Positions 46,306-55,824 of a DNA stretch of 64,000 bases are shown here, piece by piece. The position numbers and the translations under genes were made by a program. Below the pieces are notes generated by a model, which was given only the letters and a program-made list of their open reading frames with translations, was not told where the DNA came from and made no database searches. Source of the stretch: an uncultured Verrucomicrobiota bacterium (GTDB lineage Bacteria > Verrucomicrobiota > Verrucomicrobiia > Opitutales > UBA9783); NCBI GenBank assembly GCA_902495005.1, contig CABUVL010000002.1, positions 121,819-185,818 on the forward strand. The letters are read 5' to 3'. The stretch's first letter is position 1; each line of letters begins with the position of its first letter.

Positions 46306-47747
46306 AATACTTGGATAATTTTAAAAATTTTAACCGTGTTAAGAAGTGTAACTACGGCCTGCAAGTTGCGCTTATTGTAATTTTGCTCGTGGGCCTGCAG
46401 CTGATGTTGAACAATTGTTCGGTACGTTTTGATTTTTCAGAAACGAAGTGCAATAGCTTGAGCCCCGAGACAAAGACTTTCCTATGCGGGCTAAAAAACA
46501 ATGTTGACATTATTCTTTTAGACGACGGGGTGCACATGAACGAAGGTTTTTTGCGGCAAATGCATCGCTTGGTCAGCTTGTATCAAGAAGTTGCCAAGCA
46601 CGTGCCGACCGTTGCCTTTAATTTTAAACACGTCGATACACTGAAAAATCCGCAGGCCACTTTGCAAATTAAGACGCAGTACGATTTGTCCGTCGATGAG
46701 GGCGTAATTGTGAATGTTGACAAAAAACTTAAGGTGTTGCACATGGAGAATTTTTATCAGAGTGATGAGCGTCAAAAAGTTCAATTTGTGGGGGAGCATG
46801 TTTTGACCAATACGTTGATTGATTTGGCGCAAAATAAATCGAAAGTTATTTACTGGACGATCGGTCGTCGTGAATACAATTTTACCGATGTTAACGTATA
46901 CAATGGCGCGTCTTTGGCCGCTCAAACCTTAAGGCAGTGTAATTTCGAATTACGCGAGTTGGATCATTTCACAAAAGTGCCACAAGATGCCAGTATGCTG
47001 GTGATTGCGGGGCCGCAAATCCCATTTTTAACGGAAGAGTGCGATGCTTTAAAAGATTATTTGCTCCAAAGGCATGGTCGTATTTTACTTTGCCTTCAGC
47101 CCATTTATGATCACGGATTGGATCCACTGCTAAAGCAATTGGGGGTAGAGGCTGAAGACCAGTTGCTTTTGGACAATGGTAAAGATTTTTTAAGCGCGCA
47201 GGGAAGTCTGATCATCCGTCGTCTTAATCGGCATGCAATTACGCAAACACTCATTGAAAACTCGTTGGGATTAACCTTTGGGCTGGTGCGACCCATCCGT
47301 ATCGACCCAACGCATCTTGCGCATTGTACCCCTCTGTTGTATTCGGCTGAAACCAGTTGGTCCAAGAAGAGGGTGGATACGGAACATTTGTTCTTTGATC
47401 CCCAATCAGATATGAAGGGCCCGCATGTTTTGGCCTGTGTTTTTGATAATATGCCGTCAATAAATCTTGATTTAAGTTTATCTTCCTCTAAAGCTATTAT
47501 CGTGGGTTGTGCGGATTGGTTAAGCAATGGAAAATTTCTTTCGTTGGGCAATCGTTGCTTTTGTTTGAATTGCTTAAAGTGGGCGTTTGGGGATGATTAT
47601 ACTTTCTTAATTAGGCCCTTGCCGTTAATGCAGTACCCTCTGATGCTATCGCAACAAAAAATACTGATGCTCCTTATCAATTTTTTAATTTTGCCTTTTG
47701 TCTTTTGCTTGTTTGGAATTATAACGCTTTCTGTAAGGAAACAATGA
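46302..47747 (+). CDS. GldG-like ABC-transporter auxiliary protein
   Basis: TM segments at both ends (LQVALIVILLVGLQL and LLINFLILPFVFCLFGIITL) and a large periplasmic body containing VIYWTIGRRE and MLVIAGPQIPFLTEECDALKDYL. ATGA overlap with the permease gene. Confidence 0.7.
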   Translation: MKYLDNFKNFNRVKKCNYGLQVALIVILLVGLQLMLNNCSVRFDFSETKCNSLSPETKTFLCGLKNNVDIILLDDGVHMNEGFLRQMHRLVSLYQEVAKHVPTVAFNFKHVDTLKNPQATLQIKTQYDLSVDEGVIVNVDKKLKVLHMENFYQSDERQKVQFVGEHVLTNTLIDLAQNKSKVIYWTIGRREYNFTDVNVYNGASLAAQTLRQCNFELRELDHFTKVPQDASMLVIAGPQIPFLTEECDALKDYLLQRHGRILLCLQPIYDHGLDPLLKQLGVEAEDQLLLDNGKDFLSAQGSLIIRRLNRHAITQTLIENSLGLTFGLVRPIRIDPTHLAHCTPLLYSAETSWSKKRVDTEHLFFDPQSDMKGPHVLACVFDNMPSINLDLSLSSSKAIIVGCADWLSNGKFLSLGNRCFCLNCLKWAFGDDYTFLIRPLPLMQYPLMLSQQKILMLLINFLILPFVFCLFGIITLSVRKQ

Positions 47748-47748
47748 T

Positions 47749-49563
47749 ATGTTACGTGTAGGTTTTACAATTGTTTTAATTTTGGCAAATGTCTCATGGT
47801 TGTGGGTTTTTTACTATATTCGAACCCACGCACAGGCGATGGATCCCGTCATCTCTCTGCAAGTTCAATCGCAATTGCATCATGTTCAATCGTTCGTTGT
47901 TTCAAATTTGGAGTCGGGTGCAGATTACGAATTGCGTAAAGTAAACGCTGACTGGTTCCTTGAAAAACCGTTTAAATGGGCGGCGAATTCCATTGCCGTT
48001 GAGACCTGCTTGCAACAATTGTTGAACTTAGATACAAGTACAAATTTTAAGATTTATCATGAGGTGGCGGAAAATGATATTTTGGCGTCTTACGGCTTGA
48101 ACCCTCCCGCATTTATTGTCCGATTTAAGTGCCCTCAACGGGAGTACGTCTTGCACATTGGGCAAAAAATAAAATCCAATCACCGTCTGTACGTGTACGA
48201 ACCGGAAACACGCTTGGTTTTTGTCTGCAAGCCAGAAGCGTTAGGTGCAATTTTTTTCAACGAGACGCAGTGGTGTAATACCTATTTTTTCCAAAGTAAG
48301 TTGGATAATGTACAGAGTCTCACGTACGATTCTGTGTATCAGCATTTAATCCTGGCAAAAGAAAAGGAGCAATGGTATTTAAAAAATCCGTTGACGGCGA
48401 AGGCCAGCAACATGCGTGTGGAGACCGTTATTCAGCAGATCCAAAATATGGAAGTATTGCGCTTTTTGGATGATAAAGAAGTCGCCAGCTTGTTGCAACA
48501 AGTTGATGTTGAAAAGCAGATAAGTACCTTGAAACTGTCGAACGAAGCCCGTACGGTGAGTTTGAAGGTTTTGCCTTACAATGAGGATCAAAATGTGTTT
48601 GTTGCGCAAGGCGAAGATTTCGACAAGGCCTTTTTATTCAAGTCTACGTGGGTGTCGCGTCTGGAATCGCCGCAAGAAAGCTTGAGAGAAAGGCAAATCT
48701 TTAATTTCCCCATCAACGAGGTTTGTAAGATTACTTACACAAAAGGCCAAGAATCGCTCGAATTGAAGCAAATTGACGGTCAGCGTTGGGATATTATGCA
48801 ATCCTGTGAACAGAACTTAGTCCAAATGGATCGTGCTTCCTATCGTGCTATTTACGGGTTCTTAAAGGACTTGAAATCCGTGTACGTCGAAAAATTTTTG
48901 GATCACACGTTGTTAGGCGATTTGGGCCCCACGCCGAAGTCGGTAAACGTAAAAGTTGTTTTGCCGCAAAGTGAAATTGATTGTACGCTTTACCAAGTGG
49001 AAGATGACTTCTATTTAAAATTAAAGGATGATTTGACTTGTTTTAAGTTGGCCTTGGTCAATGCGCAGTTATTGGAACAATCATTCGATTCCTTTAGAGA
49101 TAAACAAATTTGGCATTGGAATCATGACGAGCATTTGTACGGTATCCAATGGTTGTCAAAGACGGGAGAGGCCGTAAAAACATCGTTGTTGTTTAAAAGG
49201 GACTCCATTAATTTGGTTCGTGATCCCGGTCTTGTGCAAAAGCTTGAGCCCGTATTGAGGGTTTTAAATGCCAAGCACTTTGTCCATTTGTTGAATTACT
49301 CAACGCCCTTAATTCCATTTATTTTCGCCGGTGGATCCAGTTACTTATTTCCACAACAGTTAATGATAAAAACCATTGATGCCAAAGGTCGTGTGAGAAC
49401 ATATAACTTGGCTTTAACCTGTCGTTTGGGAGGCAACTTGCAATTGGCTTGTTATCGAGGCAAGTACTTCACTTTACCGCAGTCGTGGATAGACGCTGTT
49501 TTTTCGTTAACGGAATTATCAGAATGGCAACAAAAGTTGTATCTTTTCCATGCGGCGGAGTAA
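47749..49563 (+). CDS. DUF4340-like membrane-anchored periplasmic protein
   Basis: 604 aa with an N-terminal TM (VGFTIVLILANVSWLWVFYYI). Starts 1 nt after the gldG-like stop. The call rests mainly on the conserved GldG-DUF4340 gene order. Confidence 0.5.
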   Translation: MLRVGFTIVLILANVSWLWVFYYIRTHAQAMDPVISLQVQSQLHHVQSFVVSNLESGADYELRKVNADWFLEKPFKWAANSIAVETCLQQLLNLDTSTNFKIYHEVAENDILASYGLNPPAFIVRFKCPQREYVLHIGQKIKSNHRLYVYEPETRLVFVCKPEALGAIFFNETQWCNTYFFQSKLDNVQSLTYDSVYQHLILAKEKEQWYLKNPLTAKASNMRVETVIQQIQNMEVLRFLDDKEVASLLQQVDVEKQISTLKLSNEARTVSLKVLPYNEDQNVFVAQGEDFDKAFLFKSTWVSRLESPQESLRERQIFNFPINEVCKITYTKGQESLELKQIDGQRWDIMQSCEQNLVQMDRASYRAIYGFLKDLKSVYVEKFLDHTLLGDLGPTPKSVNVKVVLPQSEIDCTLYQVEDDFYLKLKDDLTCFKLALVNAQLLEQSFDSFRDKQIWHWNHDEHLYGIQWLSKTGEAVKTSLLFKRDSINLVRDPGLVQKLEPVLRVLNAKHFVHLLNYSTPLIPFIFAGGSSYLFPQQLMIKTIDAKGRVRTYNLALTCRLGGNLQLACYRGKYFTLPQSWIDAVFSLTELSEWQQKLYLFHAAE

Positions 49564-52072
49564 AGTTTTTTGGGGACATATTGGCCTGTGTGTATGCCTT
49601 ATTGTTTCGCTTATTGCCTTGTCTTATGCGATTATTAAGCAGGCGAAAGCGCTTAGAATCTCGCTGCCCGATAAATTCATAAGTTATTTGCAAAAGAAAA
49701 TTGGAATTGCGGAATTTGATAAGGCGTACCTTAATTTCCAACAGCTTGAATTTTCCAATTTAACCCTGGGTGGCGGCAAGTTGAATTTTCCCATGGCTTG
49801 TTTGAAATTGGATACCCACGTGGGACATTATTTGCTGGGGCGCGCGCAACATACTCTATTCTTGCGGCATGGGCACGGTGATTGCGGGGATCAATGGCAT
49901 ATTTCGCAGGTGAATGGTTTTGTGGAAACGTGTGGACGGCAATGGCGTTTAAATCTCCACGCTTTATTTAACAAAACGCATGCCATTCATGTGACGAGTG
50001 AACTGTTAAGTGAATTTCCGTCCTATGTAACTTCCTGGGGAGAGCGATTTTTGCAGTTGTTATCGGGCTCGAATCAAGGTGCTTCTGCGGTCGAACCGGC
50101 TCATATCCACATTCACTTAGGACGAGAAAAGGGGTGTGTTCGGCTGGAATTACAAGGTGCGTCTGTAAGCTTAGACCCGTCCTCTCAAATTGTATGTTCG
50201 GGAGGACAAATCAAGATGATCGTCGGCAAACAAGCCATTGACGTAAAAGGTAAGATAAGTCAGTTGAGTTACGGAGATTACATTTTGTCGCACGTGTACT
50301 TTGAGGGCCAATTGACGGAAGAACTTGATTGCAAAGGCATCCGTGGGTATGGCGAGATTGCCGGACCTCTCTTGCAGCATTTAAGTGGCACATCCACGAT
50401 AGCGTTTACGCAGAAGGGGCCCTTACGCAATTCAGCGGTCAATTTTTTGTTGGAAAATGAGAAAAATTTTGTGCAAGGCTTTGGGAAATTTACGGATTTT
50501 AAGTGGACTCAATGTATGGGAAGAGCTGTCGTACAAGCACACGTTTTACCGGAGCATTTTGGAAAAATTCCCGACTACCTAAACTTTCAACGGCCGATAT
50601 ACTTAAAATTCAGTACCAAAGATACGCAATTGTACTGCTTGGCCGCTGAAACACGTCATTTGTGTGTGGATTCGTTTTGTTTTGATCGCATTTTTTTACG
50701 TTTGAATTACGACCTTGCGCACGGGAATGTAAAGTGGTCCGGACGTGCGAAAGAAAAAAACTTTGCCTTCAATTCGCAGGGCCGCTATGATGGACTTTTA
50801 CAACAAGGCCGCTTGTTTTTACAAGGAGAAATCGATCCTCAACTGACGTATTTGTGGGCAACTTATTTGCCGCAATGGTGGATTCCATTTTGGCGTTGTT
50901 TAAGGTTTTTTGACCGCATGCCGACGTTTAACTTGGACTTTGACTGGGATGAATTAGATGAATCCCACAATGCACTGTACGCTACGGTGACGGCACAGCA
51001 GTTTTTATACAAGCAGGCAAATTGTTCGAATCTAGCCTTAAAAATAGGGTACATTCCTCATTATATTTGTTTGGATGCTAGGCGCGTGGAGACAAAAGAG
51101 GGACGAGGCTTATGTGCCGTTGACTGGCTTTATAATGATCTTGATCAAGATGCTTGGTCCATAAGAGGTCAAGGCGTCTTCCCGCATGATGATTGGCAAA
51201 GCCTTGTTGGCGCGTTTATTGACAATGTCCCTCGCATGCCGTTCGTCGAGCATGCAAGCCCAATTCGTGCAACTTTCAATGGGCGTATTTATAACCATAT
51301 GAACGCCATGGGCAGTGTGCGAATTGCCCTTAATACCCCGAGTGTTTCAATTTACAACGTGCCCTTAATCCATCTGTCTGCGCACATTCACTACATTGAC
51401 CAACAATGGGATTTCCCTCAATGGTCTTGCAAATTGGCGCACAATGCGGCCATGGAAGGGCAAATGAGTTTTAGAAAAGATGAGACATTTTCTTTCAAAA
51501 TTAATGCGCAAGAGGTGCCGAGTGCGGTGCTTTTGCGACGACTTGATTGCCTGCAATCGTGGGTGAAAGATCTCCAGCAAGACGACTTGTCCTCTTATGA
51601 GGGGATTTTGGCTGTCGATGCCATGGGAGAAGGGCACGTGGGGAAATTGGAGACATTGACGGCCAAGGGCAAGGTGAAATTTAAGAACCCATCTTTGGCG
51701 AAAATTCACCTTTTGGGCCCCTTGTTTAAAATTTTTTCTAAAAAGTTAAGCCTTTTTACCTCAGTGGACCTGAATTATTTGGCGTCGAAATTCTACCTTA
51801 AGAACAGTGTATTGACGTCAAAAGGCCTTTTTATGACCGGTCCCAGCACGCATGTTAAGGGGGACGGTGAAATTAATTTGTTAACGCAGCAGTTAAAAGC
51901 GCAACTGAACTTTTCATTTCTTGATTACAAACAAGTAAAGTTCCCCGTCATGCGGGAGTTCGTTCAAATCCTTCAGCCTTTTTTGAAGGGATTTGGGGCT
52001 CAATTGTCGGGTAGTTTCCAAAATCCTCAGTGGCAATTGTCGTTTAATCCGTTGAATTTTTTATTGAAATAA
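49550..52072 (+). CDS. large N-terminally anchored envelope protein, AsmA/TamB-like (tentative)
   Basis: 840 aa with an N-terminal TM (IGLCVCLIVSLIALSYAII). The C-terminus GAQLSGSFQNPQWQLSFNP resembles the GT(L)xNPxxxLxSxP ending of AsmA/TamB-family proteins. 14-nt overlap with the upstream gene. Confidence 0.4.
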   Translation: MRRSKVFWGHIGLCVCLIVSLIALSYAIIKQAKALRISLPDKFISYLQKKIGIAEFDKAYLNFQQLEFSNLTLGGGKLNFPMACLKLDTHVGHYLLGRAQHTLFLRHGHGDCGDQWHISQVNGFVETCGRQWRLNLHALFNKTHAIHVTSELLSEFPSYVTSWGERFLQLLSGSNQGASAVEPAHIHIHLGREKGCVRLELQGASVSLDPSSQIVCSGGQIKMIVGKQAIDVKGKISQLSYGDYILSHVYFEGQLTEELDCKGIRGYGEIAGPLLQHLSGTSTIAFTQKGPLRNSAVNFLLENEKNFVQGFGKFTDFKWTQCMGRAVVQAHVLPEHFGKIPDYLNFQRPIYLKFSTKDTQLYCLAAETRHLCVDSFCFDRIFLRLNYDLAHGNVKWSGRAKEKNFAFNSQGRYDGLLQQGRLFLQGEIDPQLTYLWATYLPQWWIPFWRCLRFFDRMPTFNLDFDWDELDESHNALYATVTAQQFLYKQANCSNLALKIGYIPHYICLDARRVETKEGRGLCAVDWLYNDLDQDAWSIRGQGVFPHDDWQSLVGAFIDNVPRMPFVEHASPIRATFNGRIYNHMNAMGSVRIALNTPSVSIYNVPLIHLSAHIHYIDQQWDFPQWSCKLAHNAAMEGQMSFRKDETFSFKINAQEVPSAVLLRRLDCLQSWVKDLQQDDLSSYEGILAVDAMGEGHVGKLETLTAKGKVKFKNPSLAKIHLLGPLFKIFSKKLSLFTSVDLNYLASKFYLKNSVLTSKGLFMTGPSTHVKGDGEINLLTQQLKAQLNFSFLDYKQVKFPVMREFVQILQPFLKGFGAQLSGSFQNPQWQLSFNPLNFLLK

Positions 52073-52141
52073 ACGTACATTAAAAATCTTTAATTTTTAT
52101 CTTGTTTGTGCACGAAGATTAAGGTTTTATAAGAAGCATTA

Positions 52142-52217
52142 GGGGCTGTAGCTCAGTTGGAAGAGCGTGTCGTTCGCAATGACAAGGTCGTCGGTTCGAT
52201 CCCGATCAGCTCCACCA
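52142..52217 (+). tRNA. tRNA-Ala (CGC)
   Basis: Acceptor GGGGCTG/CAGCTCC with the G3:U70 identity pair, anticodon loop TTCGCAA, T-loop TTCGATC, encoded CCA. Confidence 0.92.
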
Positions 52218-52451
52218 GTGCATTCTAAAAGGGTGGGCGTATAGGAAGATGGTTTTAGATGTGCAACTTAGATAAGCCGGTGGCGCTTTTTTTGGTTTAT
52301 TTAAATTTATTTGCTAGGGTGATGAAGGGGGTGTCAATTAAGGTGGCGTTTCTTACGGGATTAGGGAGTGTGCTGAAGCGTGTGAACCGCGCATAAAAAT
52401 TTTGCAGAAAAAAGCTTCTCTCTTGAATCAGAGTCCATTACAACTTTTTCT

Positions 52452-53075
52452 ATGACAATTGTGGGCTTAGCAGAACAGGCAGGTTATTTTTTATACCCAC
52501 TCGTTTTAATGGGATTTTTGTCGTGTTTGTTCTTTTGTGAGCGGCTGATTTTTTTGCATAAAGGGCAAATTAAGGCGGAACCTTTTTTAGTTGGTATTCA
52601 AAGCTTACTGCATAAAAAACGTAAAATTGAGGCAATTACTTTGTGCGAAGAGACGCCGGGACCCGTAGCTCGACTTGTCAAGGTGGCGCTTCTTTGTAAG
52701 AGTAAGGATACCAATGCCTTGCTGGAAGAGGTAAAAAAACAAGCCTTTTTGGAACTTTACTATTTGAGAAAGCGCATCGAATCCATCAAAGTCATTGCTC
52801 AGCTGTCACCTCTGGTGGGGCTGACGGGTACCATCTTTTATTTTTTAAAAGGGTTTTGGAGCTTGGGGACCTTAGATGCCTACACATCGATGACAAGTTT
52901 TTCTCCTTACATTGTGTCGGCGCTATCCCTGACATTTTTCGGCTTTGTATGTTCGTTCTTTTCTTATGGGGCTTACCATTTTCTTATAGGCAGGCTTAAG
53001 GCTATTTTGTTCGACATGGAGTGGACGGCACACTCCCTAATGCTTTTTTTTGAAAATGAGCAGAAGAATGGTTAG
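52452..53075 (+). CDS. MotA/TolQ/ExbB proton-channel family protein
   Basis: Three TM segments and the conserved block SPLVGLTGTIFYFLKGF. Confidence 0.82.
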   Translation: MTIVGLAEQAGYFLYPLVLMGFLSCLFFCERLIFLHKGQIKAEPFLVGIQSLLHKKRKIEAITLCEETPGPVARLVKVALLCKSKDTNALLEEVKKQAFLELYYLRKRIESIKVIAQLSPLVGLTGTIFYFLKGFWSLGTLDAYTSMTSFSPYIVSALSLTFFGFVCSFFSYGAYHFLIGRLKAILFDMEWTAHSLMLFFENEQKNG

Positions 53076-53077
53076 AT

Positions 53078-53509
53078 ATGCGTAATTCATTTGAGCCTTT
53101 GGGGCTGTTACACGAGATGCAGTCCAGTGAACAGTCATTGCCTTTGAATTGGGTCCCTTGTGTTAATTTGCTTGCTTTGGTCGTAGGGATGTTGTTGTTA
53201 AGTTCGCATTGGTTGTGCCCGCCAGGCTTAAATTTGCACCTGCCGGTAACTTCACAAGGTGTTGCTTTTGCCAATCCATTTCCCGTGCAAGATTCGTTGA
53301 TGATAGATTGGGAGGGTAGGGTGTTCTTTCACCGCAAGCTGTACAACGCGGAAACACTTGTAGAATTATTCCGTGAGAATTTCCAAGTTCAATGTTTGTT
53401 GCTAAAGGTGGACACGCAAGCGCCCTTGGAGCTAATGATGCGGGTGATTTCAAACGCTTATCAGTGTGGTTGTCGGCAAATTCAGATGGCCGTTAACGTA
53501 CGTAATTAA
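53078..53509 (+). CDS. ExbD/TolR biopolymer transport protein
   Basis: A single N-terminal TM (VNLLALVVGMLLL), LNLHLP, and LLLKVDTQAPLELMMRVISNAYQCG. Starts 2 nt after the exbB-like stop. Confidence 0.8.
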   Translation: MRNSFEPLGLLHEMQSSEQSLPLNWVPCVNLLALVVGMLLLSSHWLCPPGLNLHLPVTSQGVAFANPFPVQDSLMIDWEGRVFFHRKLYNAETLVELFRENFQVQCLLLKVDTQAPLELMMRVISNAYQCGCRQIQMAVNVRN

Positions 53510-53512
53510 ACT

Positions 53513-54181
53513 ATGTTGCGCATCATTTTTTCTCTCTTGTGTTTTCTCTGTTGCATTCGCCTTTTTTTTAAATTCCCTCCTGAAAAAGGTACACCTACGC
53601 TTTTATTCCCTTCGCGTGAGCACAATTGGACGTTGATCAAATCGCCTGCATGTGAGCCAGACTGGACGGATGAAAGCCCGCTGTGCACGTACACGCACTG
53701 GAATTTTGCACCGACGCTTGATTACCATATCCCCATTTTGAAACCTAAGCTTGATTGTAAGTATCGGACGGAAGTGAGTGAACAACTCGTTTACTTGAGC
53801 CATTTTAGTAATTATTTACAGTCGAATGTTGAACTGTTCGAGGGTACGTATATTGCTCCGCAGTTGAGTCGATTTTTAATCCCAAAAGCTTTACCCAAGA
53901 AATTGGGCGATAAGCATGTATCTCAATTGAGGCTGCGATGCTTCAGTAAGGACAAGGTTATTTGTGAAAAAATGCTACCGAGCCCGTTTCCGTTGAATAA
54001 CAATGAGAATGCTACGTTTTATTACGAGGGATTACTGTATGTGGAAAAAAATCAGCCCATTTTATTAACGCAAAAGTTTTCTGGCTTGATGGAATGGCGG
54101 GACGGCTTGCAGTCTTTAATTAGAAGTGAGATGGCCGACTTGTATTTGAGCCCAGGCATTTATCAAATTCGTGTGGAATGA
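53513..54181 (+). CDS. hypothetical membrane-anchored protein (third gene of the ExbB/ExbD unit)
   Basis: Starts 3 nt after the exbD stop. N-terminal TM MLRIIFSLLCFLCCIRLFF. No Pro-rich or TonB/TolA C-terminal signature recognised. Confidence 0.55.
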   Translation: MLRIIFSLLCFLCCIRLFFKFPPEKGTPTLLFPSREHNWTLIKSPACEPDWTDESPLCTYTHWNFAPTLDYHIPILKPKLDCKYRTEVSEQLVYLSHFSNYLQSNVELFEGTYIAPQLSRFLIPKALPKKLGDKHVSQLRLRCFSKDKVICEKMLPSPFPLNNNENATFYYEGLLYVEKNQPILLTQKFSGLMEWRDGLQSLIRSEMADLYLSPGIYQIRVE

Positions 54182-54243
54182 GCCGGGCGAATGTGTATTT
54201 TTTTGCTTTGACTCGGCATAAAAATATTGTTTGACTTGTTTAT

Positions 54244-54480
54244 ATGGCAGTAAAAGCAAATAAAGTTAAGGAATGTGCTCCCGGAAAATTTTATGTCGAT
54301 GATCAATGCATTGATTGCGATCTTTGTCGTGATCTAGCACCCGAGTTCTTCGGCCGTTTGGATGATAAGTGTTGTTCATTCGTTAAAAAACAACCTGCCA
54401 ATGCCCAAGAAGAAGAGTTGTGCATGGAAGCTTTGGAAAGCTGCCCGGTCGATGCTATCGGCAATGACGGTGACGAGTAA
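54244..54480 (+). CDS. small ferredoxin (single 4Fe-4S/3Fe-4S cluster type)
   Basis: 78 aa with the Cys pattern CIDCDLC...CP (DQCIDCDLCRDLAPEFF ... LESCPVDAI). Confidence 0.85.
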   Translation: MAVKANKVKECAPGKFYVDDQCIDCDLCRDLAPEFFGRLDDKCCSFVKKQPANAQEEELCMEALESCPVDAIGNDGDE

Positions 54481-54798
54481 TCGCTTCCGCCATCAAATTT
54501 TTTAACTGAATTAGGGCGTCCGGTTAGGCGGGGCGTTGTTGTATCTGACTTAGCTATTGCTATACAGCGCGTTTGCAGGCAAGTGCTTGAATGATAAATG
54601 GCATGCAAGTGCCCTTGAGTATTTGTCGTGCAGAGCGGGTTTTAATTTTAGTGGGTACGCCTTAGTTTAACTTGATTGTTCCTTCTGCTTCTCTTGAATC
54701 TTTCAAAACCTTAGGGCTCACATGACTTGCTTATGTCTTAGCTGGTCCTCTGATGCTTGCGTTTGTTTGAGAGAAATGAACTTCTATCTGATTTACAA

Positions 54799-55746
54799 TC
54801 AGTAGGTTTCAATAAAAGTTTTCTCTTTCAACTCTCGAATTAATGTTTGGTAAGCTTGCTCATTTTTTTCCTCAATGATGCGTTCTTCTATGGTAGATTG
54901 AACGGAGGACAAGGCCTGTACCTTTGCTGGCTTGCGATCGAGAACGCGCAGCATAATGTAAACGTGATTGACGAGGATGGGCTTTGAAAATGTGTTGAGG
55001 GCTAACTGTGATGCGTGTTGAGCCAAGGTTTGATTGAGCTCATTTATGTTGTACCAAGCATTGGGCAGTTTGAGTTCATCCAATTCAGCGGCCAGAGCGT
55101 TGGGAGAAATGCCTTCTTTTATTTTTTGATCGTAGTAGTTGATCTTACTTATGTTGGTGTTCTCTTCAATGGATTCCTCCTTAAAGCATTTTTGTTCGAG
55201 GAAGATGGAGGGCGCTTCGGTAAAATCTGCCAAGTGGGCTTGGTAATAATTTTCAATGGCTTTGGGGCTGGTGTTCAGAGCGTTCTTCAAGCTTTGTTGA
55301 CGCATTACGTTGATGATAATTGAGCGTTTTATCTCATTTTGAAAATCTAAAAAACTTTGATGTCTACTCTCAAGATAATGCATGAATGCGGTGCGATTGC
55401 CTTGAAAATTAGATTGGATAAAAGCGTCTGTTTGATTGTCGAGGTAGTATTTTAAAATGTTGCCCTTACGCGCGTTGAATTCTTGGATGAGCAGTGCCTC
55501 ATCAATGAGTTCATTTAAACATTTTTGCCGTATCGATTTTTGATTTTGTTGCGTAAAAGGGACTTGGCTCATACGTGATTCTAATTCAAATTGGGTGATA
55601 ATCTCTTCTCCCACCCGAGCTGCGATACGATAACTTGACTGGGCCCTTGCATGAAGTGCACGGGCAGATGAAATAAGGGCAATCGACGTAAAAATAAGGT
55701 TGCAGTATCGACGTAAAAACATTCTGCTATTTGAGAGCTTTCTCAT
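54799..55746 (-). CDS. SurA/PpiD-like periplasmic chaperone (peptidyl-prolyl isomerase family)
   Basis: From ATG 55746 the product has a signal-anchor MRKLSNSRMFLRRYCNLIFTSIALISSARALHA and a SurA_N-like segment (RIAARVGEEIITQFEL...). The longer track ORF to 55974 would overlap the divergent CoA-transferase gene. Confidence 0.65.
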   Translation of the reverse strand: MRKLSNSRMFLRRYCNLIFTSIALISSARALHARAQSSYRIAARVGEEIITQFELESRMSQVPFTQQNQKSIRQKCLNELIDEALLIQEFNARKGNILKYYLDNQTDAFIQSNFQGNRTAFMHYLESRHQSFLDFQNEIKRSIIINVMRQQSLKNALNTSPKAIENYYQAHLADFTEAPSIFLEQKCFKEESIEENTNISKINYYDQKIKEGISPNALAAELDELKLPNAWYNINELNQTLAQHASQLALNTFSKPILVNHVYIMLRVLDRKPAKVQALSSVQSTIEERIIEEKNEQAYQTLIRELKEKTFIETY

Positions 55747-55824
55747 GTAATTTTCAATCTTATAGTTTGAAATTATATTAAATGATTTGAACATAAGTTG
55801 ACAAACTGAACAATAGGAGGGTGT

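Noticed and set aside
54579-54618. Direct repeat GCAAGTGC..TTGA (54579-54590 and 54605-54618) in the ferredoxin/SurA convergent spacer, considered as a regulatory site.
   Set aside because: The exact core is only 8 bp, well within chance expectation for this window size, and it lies between two 3' ends where no promoter is expected.
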